Source: Candidatus Kapaibacterium sp.
GTDB lineage: Bacteria; Bacteroidota; Ignavibacteria; Kapaibacteriales; UBA2268
Assembly: GCA_026390695.1 (NCBI GenBank)
Contig: JAPLFL010000089.1
Location: 42,206 to 106,205 of the forward strand
Reading direction: 5' to 3'
Length of the DNA stretch: 64,000 nucleotides
This document shows positions 1 through 10,160 of this stretch, piece after piece. The position numbers and the translations under genes are program-made. Position 1 is the first letter of the stretch; the number at the start of each line of letters is the position of its first letter. The notes under the pieces are model-generated. The model saw nothing but the letters and a program-made list of their open reading frames with translations. It ran no database searches and had not been told where the DNA came from.

Positions 1-2211
1 GAAATTACTAATAAAGTGGCTGCAGGTGATCTTTCAATGAATATCGACATCTCCAAAAAGAAGGACTATAGCCTAATTGTTAAAATGAAAAGTATGGTTG
101 ATACTATAAAAAGTTTAGTCGCCGATACCAATCAATTATGTGATGCAGCTGTTGCTGGGAAACTTGATGTGCGGGCTGATGCCACAAAAAATAAAGGAGA
201 ATTTAAAAATATTTTAGATGGAATAAATCGTACTCTGGATGCGGTTATTAGTCCACTCAATGTAGCTGCCGAATATGTTGATAGAATTTCTAAAGGAGAT
301 ATTCCTAAAAACATAGTAATAGTTGATGAGAAGACAAATATTTTTAAAGGCGATTTTAATGAAATAAAGAATAATATCAATCAATGTATAGATGCTATTT
401 CTTTACTTTTAAGTGATGCTTCTCTTCTCGCCAAAGATGCCAATGAAGGAAAGCTCAATACAAGGGCTGATGCAAGTTGTCATCAAGGTGAATATCACAG
501 TATCATTTCTGGAATTAACAATGCCCTTGATTCAATAGCTAAAATTATGGATTCCGGTAGCAATCTCATGGTCGCCGATGAAAATGCTGTTATCACTTAT
601 ATGAATAAACCGGTTCAGAATTTATTATCTAAATATGAGAGTGACATTAAAGTTAAATATCCATCGTTTATTGTTTCAAATTTAATCGGATCTAATATTG
701 ATCAATTTCATAAGAATCCGTCGCATAATAGAAATCTACTTTCTAATCTATATAATCCACATACTGCAATTATCCAATTGGCTGCTCATAAATTTAAATT
801 GATTATCTCACCGCTTTTTGACCAAAATAAAAAACGGTTAGGATATACAGTCCAATGGGCAAATTACACAAATGAAGTTAACTTTGAAGAAAAGATGACT
901 GAATTAATTCATGCAAATATGGAAGGAGACTTGAAAGCCAGATTAGATATTAGTAATCTTGAAGGTAATTTAGAGGAGGTTGCTACTAAAATAAATAATA
1001 TGCTTGATTTGATTCTCTTGCCAATAAATGAAGCATCAGATGTACTTAAACAAATGGCTGAAGGTAATTTCAATGTTTCGGTTCGTGGAGATTATAAAGG
1101 AGATCATGCTACCATTAAAAACGCTCTTAATACAACTATCACTATGCTTCCACTTAAAAATACGATCGAAGTTATGCAAGCAATGGCTGATGGCGATTTA
1201 ACCAAAAAAATTACCGGTGATTATAAAGGAGATTCTTTAGCTTTGAAAAATGCGGTAAATGGATCTATTGAATCAATGAACGAAATATTAAGTCAGGTGA
1301 GTATAACTATTGATGAAGTTAATCGAGGTTCGCTTCAGGTTTCCGATGCTGCATCATCACTTTCACAGGGTGCGACTGAATCGGCTGCTTCTCTTGAGGA
1401 AATCACCAGTTCTATGGCCGAAATAGGATCACAAACAAAACATAATGCTGAGAATGCAACAATTGCTAAGAATTTAACCAACGAAGCAAAATTATCTGCC
1501 GAAAAAGGTAATAAGGAAATGAATCAGCTAAATACCGCAATGTCAGAAATGAATGCATCAAGCCGTAATATTTCAAAAATTATTAAAGTTATTGATGAAA
1601 TTGCATTCCAAACTAATTTATTAGCCCTGAATGCCGCAGTTGAAGCAGCTCGTGCAGGTCGGCACGGCAAAGGATTTGCCGTTGTTGCCGAAGAAGTTCG
1701 TAACCTCGCAGCTCGGAGTGCCTCTGCTGCCAAAGAAACGGCTGAACTTATTGAAAATAGTATTAAAAACGTTGAAAATGGCTCTAATCTTGCTGCCCGT
1801 ACCGGTGATGCTTTAAATGAGATTCAGCGCGGTGCAATCAAAGCCGCCGATATTGTTGGTGAGATTGCTGCTTTATCAAATGAACAAGCTCAAGCTATTT
1901 TTCAGATCAATGAGGGTTTATCTCAAATTGACAAAGTTACTCAAACAAATACTGCCAGTGCAGAAGAAAGTGCTTCGGCTGCTGAAGAATTATCAGGGCA
2001 ATCGAATAATCTGCTTAAATTGATTCAGCAGTTCAAATTATCATATGAATCAATAAATATGAATAATCAGGAACTTACATATAGTCCTCATCATAGATTA
2101 CTACAAAATTCAAATAGAAGCCGTGATTCACGTTCACTGCCTCCTCAAAGTAATTATTACCAAAATCCGGACGATATTATAAATCTTGATGGAGATTATG
2201 GAAAATACTGA
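1..2211 (+). CDS. Methyl-accepting chemotaxis protein, Aer2-like (poly-HAMP + PAS + MA domain), 5' end probably outside window
   Basis: [20 protein letters not shown] signalling hairpin; HAMP repeats; PAS segment with [10 protein letters not shown]...TVQW; C-terminal pentapeptide DYGKY. Frame is open from base 1. Confidence 0.95.
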   Translation, partial: EITNKVAAGDLSMNIDISKKKDYSLIVKMKSMVDTIKSLVADTNQLCDAAVAGKLDVRADATKNKGEFKNILDGINRTLDAVISPLNVAAEYVDRISKGDIPKNIVIVDEKTNIFKGDFNEIKNNINQCIDAISLLLSDASLLAKDANEGKLNTRADASCHQGEYHSIISGINNALDSIAKIMDSGSNLMVADENAVITYMNKPVQNLLSKYESDIKVKYPSFIVSNLIGSNIDQFHKNPSHNRNLLSNLYNPHTAIIQLAAHKFKLIISPLFDQNKKRLGYTVQWANYTNEVNFEEKMTELIHANMEGDLKARLDISNLEGNLEEVATKINNMLDLILLPINEASDVLKQMAEGNFNVSVRGDYKGDHATIKNALNTTITMLPLKNTIEVMQAMADGDLTKKITGDYKGDSLALKNAVNGSIESMNEILSQVSITIDEVNRGSLQVSDAASSLSQGATESAASLEEITSSMAEIGSQTKHNAENATIAKNLTNEAKLSAEKGNKEMNQLNTAMSEMNASSRNISKIIKVIDEIAFQTNLLALNAAVEAARAGRHGKGFAVVAEEVRNLAARSASAAKETAELIENSIKNVENGSNLAARTGDALNEIQRGAIKAADIVGEIAALSNEQAQAIFQINEGLSQIDKVTQTNTASAEESASAAEELSGQSNNLLKLIQQFKLSYESINMNNQELTYSPHHRLLQNSNRSRDSRSLPPQSNYYQNPDDIINLDGDYGKY

Positions 2212-2261
2212 TTATCATTAAAGTTTTATGTTATATAATATCTAATAAGTATTTACAACTT

Positions 2262-2314
2262 AACAGACGAGGACCTTGGTTTAGTGCACAGTAGGTCAGA
2301 CGTCCTCGTCTGAC
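2262..2314. repeat. GTAG-type REP-like palindrome
   Basis: gtag-gtcagacg-tcct-cgtctgac at 2291-2314, with a partial inverted copy aacagacgaggac at 2262-2274. Confidence 0.55.
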
Positions 2315-2349
2315 AAAAATGTAATTTATTATGAGACTTAATATATTAA

Positions 2350-2575
2350 TATCATTTCCTAATGAATTAAGAATTATTGTCAATCCCGCGCATGTGGGAA
2401 TCCCCTTCCAGTACCAATCAGGAGATTCCTGCATTCGAGACTGTGTGAAAACTCTTTATTGCTGTCATTCCTGCGAATGCAGGAATCTCCTAAGTGCCAT
2501 AGATGGAGATTCCTGCATACGCAGGAATGACAAGAAATTGAAGTTTTCACACAGTCTCATACGCAGGAATGACAG
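2350..2575. mobile_element. Composite MITE-like palindromic element (copy 1)
   Basis: Starts tatcatttcctaatgaatt like the copies at 28474 and 61546; carries the core cccgcgcatgtgggaatccccttccagtaccaatcaggagattcctgca; right outer end absent. Confidence 0.8.
2437..2558. mobile_element. Nested 122-bp MITE with perfect 17-bp terminal inverted repeats
   Basis: gagactgtgtgaaaact (2437-2453) ... agttttcacacagtctc (2542-2558); flanks attc/atac resemble a 4-bp target duplication in the loop of the host hairpin. Confidence 0.8.
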
Positions 2576-2581
2576 AAAAGC

Positions 2582-2607
2582 GGATGTTGATTGACATCCC
2601 TTTTTTT
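2582..2607 (+). terminator. Probable intrinsic terminator
   Basis: ggatgt-tgattg-acatcc followed by a T run. Confidence 0.5.
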
Positions 2608-2666
2608 ATTTTAAATTTTGTAAATTTGTAAGATTAATTTTTTTCTTATTTTAACAAATTTAATCA

Positions 2667-3299
2667 ATGAATATTTCTATTGCAAATTCTGATGATTCAA
2701 AAGAGATTTTAGGAATTATGATGAGTGTGTTTGCTAAAACCGAACCTACAAGCATGGCACTCAATATTCCTGATGAACATTATAGAAGATATGCTGAATA
2801 CATTATTGATAAAGGAATTTATCAGCAACAAATATTTATAGCAAAAAATGATAAAGTGATCACAGGATATGCAATTTGGGAAGATTATGAAGAACCTTTA
2901 GTTCTTGGATTGCCACCGAATAAAGATATATATAAAATGATAGAACCTGAGCTTGAATTCGTTAATCTTCTTGAAAATGAGCTTGATAATATAATTGATT
3001 TTGATAAATCAAAGTGCATGAGAATAAGTCAGGCTGCTGTTTTGCCTCATTATCAAGGGCAAGGTATCGCAAAAGCTTTAATTAATTTCATTATAAAAGA
3101 AAACTCAATTATTATATCGGAAAAAAATTATAAATTTGTAATTGCCGATTGTACAGTTGAAAATTCATTTACTATTTTAAATAAACTTGGATTTGATTCA
3201 ATTATAGAAATAAATTATGTAGATTTTACTTGTAACGGTTTTAACCCATATAAGAACCTAAATGGAATTCGAAGATTAATGTTGAAAAAAAATTTCTAA
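2667..3299 (+). CDS. GNAT family N-acetyltransferase
   Basis: Acetyl-CoA motif AVLPHYQGQGIA; C-terminal KLGF. Confidence 0.85.
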   Translation: MNISIANSDDSKEILGIMMSVFAKTEPTSMALNIPDEHYRRYAEYIIDKGIYQQQIFIAKNDKVITGYAIWEDYEEPLVLGLPPNKDIYKMIEPELEFVNLLENELDNIIDFDKSKCMRISQAAVLPHYQGQGIAKALINFIIKENSIIISEKNYKFVIADCTVENSFTILNKLGFDSIIEINYVDFTCNGFNPYKNLNGIRRLMLKKNF

Positions 3300-3315
3300 A
3301 TATTTTAAGGTTATT

Positions 3316-4647
3316 ATGAATACTGAGAAAACAAATTACGCCCCAAAAGAGTTTACTAAAATGAGATTTGATATGCACGTACATGTTGGCGGACATGGAT
3401 TGCAAGCAGATGATGAAAAAAACAGAGATGATTTTAAAAAAAATATTAATCTTTATTTTAATGAGCCGAAATTCAGATCATTTTTCATCATGGCTGAATA
3501 TTATATGATGGAAAGAGACTTAGCCTCCGATTCTGCAAGTGTAAATGATGAAGGCAAGGTTACAACCGATGCCTATCTTGAATATGTTTATAAAAGACTC
3601 GTTCAATCAAAAGAGATTGATTCTATTGTGCTTTTAGCCATGGATGCACCTTTTAAAAAAGATAAAGATGGACAATATACTATTGATTGGAAACATGCTG
3701 ATTTACTAATCAGCAATAAATTTCTTTCTGATAAAGTTGATTATTTGAACTGCCGCTTGAAATGTGATGGCAGAACTGATAAAAGATTTTTTATGGCTGC
3801 CTCGATACATCCATTGCGTGAAGATTTCCTTGCAGAAATGACTCACATTATTAATAATAAAAATGTTGTTGCTGTTAAAATAATCCCATCAGAATTTAAT
3901 TTGGATCTCAGTAGCTTTCCACCTCTTTATTGGAAAATTCTTGCTGGAAATGCAACTTATAAGGATTTTCAAATGGCAGAAACCGATGAAATTTTTTCAC
4001 ATAATCTTACTTTAAAATTGCCACTGATTCTTCATACCGGCCCTGAATATTGCTTTGAACAAGGAACATTAAAACCCGAACTGAATATGCACGAAGACCT
4101 TAAATTAATATTAAAAGCAGGTGTAAGGCTAATTGCTGCACACTGTGGTGCTCGTGTATTTCCAACAGATAAAAATCATATAGATAACTTTCTTAAGCTC
4201 CTTGACATTGCCCATAGTGATAACAATAACTGGGAGCTTTATGGCGATATTTCCGGTTTTACCTTCTATTCCCGCTTGAATATTTTAAAAAAGCTTGCTA
4301 AACAAACACCATATCATAAATATTTATTAAACGGTACTGATATTCCTGTCCCTGTATATCAATCCGGATGGACTTATAAGTGGAATTTGATAAAAGAGAT
4401 ATTTTTTAATTTATGGAGAAAGCATGTAACTGCCCCACATCATCATTATAAATTTGATTCAACTATTATCGCATTTGCGTCATCCATTTTTGAGCAATTT
4501 GTAGTGAGTAAAAAGGCAAGCACGATAAAAAATGTTTTTGATCGGGATGTAGCTATCAAACGTTCTTATGGTTTTCTTGACAATAATCCTGATAATATTT
4601 ACACAAATGCAGGTTCAGTCTTACGTGATCCTGCAGAAGTTCACTAA
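3316..4647 (+). CDS. Metal-dependent amidohydrolase (Amidohydro_2-like)
   Basis: DMHVH, SIHP, LHTG, AAHCG, GDIS and GTD motifs in TIM-barrel order. Confidence 0.85.
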   Translation: MNTEKTNYAPKEFTKMRFDMHVHVGGHGLQADDEKNRDDFKKNINLYFNEPKFRSFFIMAEYYMMERDLASDSASVNDEGKVTTDAYLEYVYKRLVQSKEIDSIVLLAMDAPFKKDKDGQYTIDWKHADLLISNKFLSDKVDYLNCRLKCDGRTDKRFFMAASIHPLREDFLAEMTHIINNKNVVAVKIIPSEFNLDLSSFPPLYWKILAGNATYKDFQMAETDEIFSHNLTLKLPLILHTGPEYCFEQGTLKPELNMHEDLKLILKAGVRLIAAHCGARVFPTDKNHIDNFLKLLDIAHSDNNNWELYGDISGFTFYSRLNILKKLAKQTPYHKYLLNGTDIPVPVYQSGWTYKWNLIKEIFFNLWRKHVTAPHHHYKFDSTIIAFASSIFEQFVVSKKASTIKNVFDRDVAIKRSYGFLDNNPDNIYTNAGSVLRDPAEVH

Positions 4648-4689
4648 TTATTTTTTATATAATTTTTATTTCATAAAGGACAGCATATT

Positions 4690-6267
4690 TTGGATAAAAA
4701 TCAAAAAATAATATTTTTCTTTGCTTTCTTATTGTTCATTTTATTGATAATAATTAATTTTCAATATGCATGGGATGATTGTGCGATCACATTAGGATTT
4801 TCTAAAAATTTAGCCAAATTCGGACTTTTTGCACCAAGTGAATTTTCTGAAACAGTGGAAGGATATTCTTCAACCTTATGGATGCTTTTAAATTCAATTT
4901 TTTTTACGTTAAAATTAAATTCGTTTCAAGTTTTCATGCTTGCTAAAATTCTAACATTATTCATTAACTTAATTAATCTCTTTCTCTTTTATAAAATACT
5001 GATATTAATAAAAAGTAAACAAAATATCTCAGATAATGAATTTGATCAAAAGCATACAAGTTACTTCATCTTCTTTTCACTGCTAATATTTCTCTTTTCG
5101 CGATCATTTATTTTTGAATCACTAAACGCAATGGAAACACCATTGTATCTGACTTTTGTCCTTTCAATATTTTATATTTACAACAAAGAAAACAAAAATT
5201 TAAAGGACAATATATTTTTTATAATATCTGGAATAGGATTAATCCTGATAAGATTTGAAGGAATTTGGTTTCTAATCCCTTTTTTGATTATGGATGCCAA
5301 AAAGTTTGGTTTAAAAGTCTTTAGAATAAAATATTATTATCTATGGTTAATATTTTGGTTGTTCACTATTGCTTTAAGATATTATATATTTGGGGAATTA
5401 TTAACAAATCCTATAATTGCCAAATCAAGCCCGATATTCAAAACTGAACCCTTTTTATCGAATCATCTCAATCCATTTTTATCAATATTAAAAACATACT
5501 CTCCATTTATTATTTTGTCTATTTATTTGATAATTAAAGAAAAAAGATTCGCAATAAATTTAAAATTCTTCGATACTTCAACGCTTTTAATTATATGCGG
5601 AATAATATTTAACTTAATAATCGGCAATAATTTTGGACCTCCAGATAGAATGTTTTATCCGGTAATTCCATTTATTATAATTTTTATTTACTCAAGCCTT
5701 GGTTCTAATTTTTTAAAAATCACTAAAAATAGAATTATTTTAGGTTTAATTTTTATTATTTTTGTTTCATACAATATATATTCCGTACAAACTAAACAAG
5801 CAATTTCCGTAATGAAGGTCAAAGAAATTAACGAAGGAATTGAACAAATTCAAAAATTATCAGCCAAACAGAAAATTACTTATGCCGGACCCGATATGGG
5901 AGGAATTATGCTTTTCGGCAATAACCTTAGAATCATAGATATTGCAGGTTTATGTAATAAATTTATTGCAAAAAACGGATATAAGGATTTTGATAAATAT
6001 ATTTTTGATATTGAGAAACCAGATATCATAGAAATCCATGAAGGATGGACAAGTTTAAGCGGAATTAAAAATTCCGAAAGACTATACCTTAATTACAGCC
6101 TTTATATTTTTAAAGGCTTTGCTCTGTTTATTAAAAATGAAATAATCCAGTCATTAATAAATAAAAATTTGGTTGATTCATTAATGTATATACCTCAATC
6201 CGATATTAGCAATGCAGATTCTGTAATTCTAAATAAATTTCAGAAATATAAGATATTGAAATACTAA
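4690..6267 (+). CDS. Polytopic membrane protein, GT-C-like glycosyltransferase
   Basis: Many hydrophobic segments; WDD..I...NL..EGYSS loop, MET and RFEG motifs; soluble C-terminal domain with D.G and ID..GL. Confidence 0.6.
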   Translation: MDKNQKIIFFFAFLLFILLIIINFQYAWDDCAITLGFSKNLAKFGLFAPSEFSETVEGYSSTLWMLLNSIFFTLKLNSFQVFMLAKILTLFINLINLFLFYKILILIKSKQNISDNEFDQKHTSYFIFFSLLIFLFSRSFIFESLNAMETPLYLTFVLSIFYIYNKENKNLKDNIFFIISGIGLILIRFEGIWFLIPFLIMDAKKFGLKVFRIKYYYLWLIFWLFTIALRYYIFGELLTNPIIAKSSPIFKTEPFLSNHLNPFLSILKTYSPFIILSIYLIIKEKRFAINLKFFDTSTLLIICGIIFNLIIGNNFGPPDRMFYPVIPFIIIFIYSSLGSNFLKITKNRIILGLIFIIFVSYNIYSVQTKQAISVMKVKEINEGIEQIQKLSAKQKITYAGPDMGGIMLFGNNLRIIDIAGLCNKFIAKNGYKDFDKYIFDIEKPDIIEIHEGWTSLSGIKNSERLYLNYSLYIFKGFALFIKNEIIQSLINKNLVDSLMYIPQSDISNADSVILNKFQKYKILKY

Positions 6268-6317
6268 GTCTTCATGTAAAAATTTACATTCAAATTACAG
6301 CTAACTTATGCAAGTCA

Positions 6318-6544
6318 GTAGCTTAGACATCCGTGTCTGAGCATATTTAACATAAATAATTCAATAGAAAAATATATTCAATTGATAATAGCCGTAGAGG
6401 CGGGTTCAGAACCCGCATCTACAAATATATATCTTACATAAAGAGGGCACGGCAAGCCGTGCCCCTACTAATATTCAGATTAACACGAACTTTCTAATGT
6501 TTAATCTGGGTTTAACAACAAACAGACAGGGATGTCTGTTCTAC
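6318..6544. repeat. Cluster of GTAG/CTAC REP-like palindromes between convergent genes
   Basis: gtagcttagacatccgtgtctgagc (6318-6342); gtagaggcgggttcagaacccgcatctac (6394-6422); agggcacggcaagccgtgcccctac (6444-6468); aacagacagggatgtctgttctac (6521-6544). Confidence 0.75.
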
Positions 6545-6596
6545 CTTAAAACAAGTTAGATTAAAGATTCGGTTAGTAATTCAATCGAATCAACGA

Positions 6597-9353
6597 TTAT
6601 TTCAAAATAATCAGTCTTATATTTTCAGTTTGATTCATTTTTCTCAACTTACAGAAATATATACCCTTAGAAAGATGACTTATATCTATTTTTGTTTGAT
6701 TTGAAATCTCCATTATTTTTTCTGCAAACTCATCAAATATACTTAGAGAGAAATCTTCTTTGGATTTTATATTAAGATAATCGGATGCAGGATTAGGAAA
6801 TATGCTTACAGCCGTTACGTAGTTATCATTTACATCTTTGGAATTATCTTTTGTGGTAAATGATAAAGTATCGGAAACAGGACCCTTTCCAGAAGAATTA
6901 TCCCCTTGAATTGTCCAGAAATATTTAGTATTTGATTCCAATTGTTGCCCGCTAAATGTTGTATTGAAACAAAGATATGAATTAAAGAGGGTATTTGTTG
7001 AGCCTTTATATATAGACAAAAAGTAATCGACACCTGATCCGAGATCATTCCATGAAAATTGTGGTTTAAGATCAACATCAATTGCTTTATCCGGTGGAGA
7101 TATTTGAATAGCTTTCGTTGGCAGAGCAGGGCCTTGTTTAGTTCCTTTAACAATGCCATATCCAAAACTCGTTACATAAACATCAGAATTAGCACCTTGG
7201 ACATATATTCTCATAGGATGCTTAAACGGATAGCTTTGTACTAATGAAAATGATGGAATTGGAGAATTTGCATCCTTGCTGTACCACAAACCTTCATATT
7301 CTGTGGAAACATACATTTCATTCCCGTTTATTGTACAAGATTCAACACGCGCTTTATCTAAAATTTTCGTCCATGAAGATCCGCGATTAATTGTTTTATA
7401 AAGACCGCCTTTATTATTTGCGGCTCCTCCCCAGCCACTGAATACACCAACATACCATGTATTCTGAGTTTGATCGTTTGGATCAATGATAATATCTTTT
7501 GTCCAGTATTGCATGTTTGGATCGGATTTATCAGTCCAGCTTGCTCCTTTATCAGTGCTCATAAATATACCGGAACTTGATATAAATGCGCCCTTTGTAT
7601 CTCTTCTACCAGAATAAGTACATAGCACAGTGCCGTCGTTTAACACAACGACGTTATAAGGATGGCCTTGCGTACGGGTTGGCACCGCACATTGAGTCCA
7701 AGTACCTCCTCCTGTGATATTATCGCAACGGAATATGCCACCTAAGCTACTATGAACGACACTTGCATACATTGTATTGGCATTTTTTGGATCAGTTGCC
7801 AACCAAATAACTGGATGTGCGAAATCTTTAACAATTGTCCATGTCTTTCCATTATTGGTTGATGTAAGAACTTTTCCTCTTCCGCCGTCAATCTTGGAGT
7901 CTGCAAGATAAGTGCTTTCATAGAGGTCATGGACAGAAGATGTTGCGGCATATAAATTCAGATTCATGGAATGTTTCATGCAATAGTACATTGTATTGTC
8001 GCTATGACCTGTATAATCGAATGACCATGAATCACCTCCATTGGTGGATCGAGCACCCTGAATATCGGTATAGCAACCAAACACATTATTATTATCAGAC
8101 CAGCACAATTGCCAGCAGGATGTATTCTCTAATCCGATAGAATGATACGCTTTACCTTTTGGAATCTGAGTATTTTCTTTGTTTTCGTCGGCTTTATTAA
8201 CATATATTTGATTCCAGATTTTTCCTCCGTCACTTGTAACGTGAGCAAATCCGAGATCAGTAATAACTTGATAATCCGGATTGGTTCGGCTAACAGTAAA
8301 ACCAAGAGCATACTCGCCATAAGACCAGTTTCTATCTCCGCCTTCGCCGCTCCATCCTGTTTTGATATTTAGATTGCCTTTTGAAATGAAAGTATTTACC
8401 CATGTATTACCACCGTCTATAGTTTTAAATACTGCTGGACTTGAATTTGAGGTTTCTGCACCTGCTAAATATGCAACATCAATATTCTCCTTACCCATAG
8501 CTGCAAAAAACGGATGAGCAGTTGTGAGTAAACCATTGGTTTTTTTAATCCAAGAAGAAGCACCATAGTCTAAAGTATAGACTGCCTTATATGCAGGATG
8601 ATCGGCACCGGTTATTCCGGGCCAGCATTCATTTAAAGTTACAGCATAAATCCTGAGAACGCCACCAACTTTTCCTGCACATGCAGAAATAATGTATTCA
8701 CCGGCACCTAATCCGCTTGGTTTTTCAGAAACAAAAGCACCACCGTTTTTTGAGATTAATAATCCGTCAGGTTGAACGATATATGTATCATTTGTATCCC
8801 AAAATATTCCAGCAATGTATGAACCCCAGGTTCCTGAATTTCCTGCAAATATCTTAGAAAAATTATTTCCTCCGTCATTTGTATAATAGACATTAGAATA
8901 ATCTGTTATAATTACTTTATTGCTTACCAAATCGCTTGCAAAAAGCTGATAAGAGCCTCCTGAGGTAGGATCAGAGTTTAATTTGCTCCATGTGACACCG
9001 GCATCAGGGCTTTTCTTGGGAAACATTCCGAATTCATTATTATCAATAGTGTATAAAATTTTAGGATCGCTTGTAAATTGAACCAAACTTGATCCACCTG
9101 AAGTGATATACTGGAAGTTTATAATTTTAAATGTATTACCCAGATCAGTTGTATGAAATAGATCGGACATATCGGATGGAAAGAAAATTTCGTTGGGATT
9201 AAAAGGACTTATTTGCGGATTATAAAAAGCCCCACCTGCACCGGGTCCAATGTTTGTCCAGTTAGCAGGTTGAGAAAAAACTATATTAGCTGCCCCAGCA
9301 CTTAAAAATAAAGCTAAAGAAAATGAAATATAAAGTTTGTAATAAAATTTCAT
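6597..9353 (-). CDS. Secreted BNR/Asp-box beta-propeller protein (GH74/VPS10-like) with FN3-like domain and T9SS CTD
   Basis: Signal peptide; repeated (S/T)xDGGxxW boxes; C-terminal IFPNPASD...DISHLSKGIYF. Confidence 0.85.
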   Translation of the reverse strand: MKFYYKLYISFSLALFLSAGAANIVFSQPANWTNIGPGAGGAFYNPQISPFNPNEIFFPSDMSDLFHTTDLGNTFKIINFQYITSGGSSLVQFTSDPKILYTIDNNEFGMFPKKSPDAGVTWSKLNSDPTSGGSYQLFASDLVSNKVIITDYSNVYYTNDGGNNFSKIFAGNSGTWGSYIAGIFWDTNDTYIVQPDGLLISKNGGAFVSEKPSGLGAGEYIISACAGKVGGVLRIYAVTLNECWPGITGADHPAYKAVYTLDYGASSWIKKTNGLLTTAHPFFAAMGKENIDVAYLAGAETSNSSPAVFKTIDGGNTWVNTFISKGNLNIKTGWSGEGGDRNWSYGEYALGFTVSRTNPDYQVITDLGFAHVTSDGGKIWNQIYVNKADENKENTQIPKGKAYHSIGLENTSCWQLCWSDNNNVFGCYTDIQGARSTNGGDSWSFDYTGHSDNTMYYCMKHSMNLNLYAATSSVHDLYESTYLADSKIDGGRGKVLTSTNNGKTWTIVKDFAHPVIWLATDPKNANTMYASVVHSSLGGIFRCDNITGGGTWTQCAVPTRTQGHPYNVVVLNDGTVLCTYSGRRDTKGAFISSSGIFMSTDKGASWTDKSDPNMQYWTKDIIIDPNDQTQNTWYVGVFSGWGGAANNKGGLYKTINRGSSWTKILDKARVESCTINGNEMYVSTEYEGLWYSKDANSPIPSFSLVQSYPFKHPMRIYVQGANSDVYVTSFGYGIVKGTKQGPALPTKAIQISPPDKAIDVDLKPQFSWNDLGSGVDYFLSIYKGSTNTLFNSYLCFNTTFSGQQLESNTKYFWTIQGDNSSGKGPVSDTLSFTTKDNSKDVNDNYVTAVSIFPNPASDYLNIKSKEDFSLSIFDEFAEKIMEISNQTKIDISHLSKGIYFCKLRKMNQTENIRLIILK

Positions 9354-9473
9354 CGAAGGCTCCGAATATATGAATAGAATTTAATAATCAATGATAGAAT
9401 AGGAATTCTCAAGACGAATAAAAGTTACAGATATTTTGAACTTGTTTTATTATTTCCTTAATCAGCCCTACAA

Positions 9474-10046
9474 TTACTCAATCAAGATATTAAAGCTATC
9501 AAGCAGTCCAGTTACGTTTATAGATGAAAATTTAGCTTTATAAATTCTATTTTTCATAGGATTTATTGTAAAATTGTAAGCAGTACGAAAATCAGCTCGT
9601 TCCAAATTTGTATTATTAAAGACACAACCGGCTAAATTACATTTATTCAATGATAATTTACTCAAATCTGCATCAGTAAAATCAACTTCCTGCAAGCTGG
9701 AATCTGAGAATTTACAGTTCTTCAAACTCAATTTGTAAAAAGACGATAGATTTAGAACACAATTATCAAATTCGGCAGAAAGTCCGAATTTACTCGTTTC
9801 CTCAAAATGTAGTCCCACTAATTTACAGGCTTTGAATTTAACTTCCCGAAAAGCAGTGTTTCCGATTTTTGCCAGACTGAAATCACAAGAACTAAATACA
9901 CAATCCATAAAACTAATATCGGTCAAATTCGCCTTGACAAAAGAGCAATTCTCGAACTTACAATTTTCGTAATCGCTGCGTTGGGTGCTTCCATCAGAGA
10001 AATTAATCTCCTGGAAGGAACGGGATTCGGTGAGGATAATTGGCAT
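9474..10046 (-). CDS. Pentapeptide repeat protein (Qnr/MfpA-like fold)
   Basis: Continuous (A/C)xF/Lxx pentapeptide repeats; ADFRTA near C-terminus. Confidence 0.9.
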   Translation of the reverse strand: MPIILTESRSFQEINFSDGSTQRSDYENCKFENCSFVKANLTDISFMDCVFSSCDFSLAKIGNTAFREVKFKACKLVGLHFEETSKFGLSAEFDNCVLNLSSFYKLSLKNCKFSDSSLQEVDFTDADLSKLSLNKCNLAGCVFNNTNLERADFRTAYNFTINPMKNRIYKAKFSSINVTGLLDSFNILIE

Positions 10047-10094
10047 AAATGTATGTTAATTAGTAATTATTTGTTTGTGCATTATTTTTTCCTC

Positions 10095-10150
10095 CCGTCA
10101 GTTGTTCTAACTGACGGTCTTCATTCCCAGTCAGGAAAAATTCCTGACTG
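10095..10150. repeat. Two adjacent intergenic hairpins
   Basis: ccgtcagtt-gttct-aactgacgg (10095-10117) and cagtcaggaa-aaa-ttcctgactg (10128-10150). Confidence 0.6.
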
Positions 10151-10160
10151 TAGGTGAAGT

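Noticed and set aside
2231-2594. Short ORFs 2231-2434 and 2331-2594 (also 61548-61766)
   Set aside because: They are translations of the palindromic repeat elements, with no independent coding evidence.
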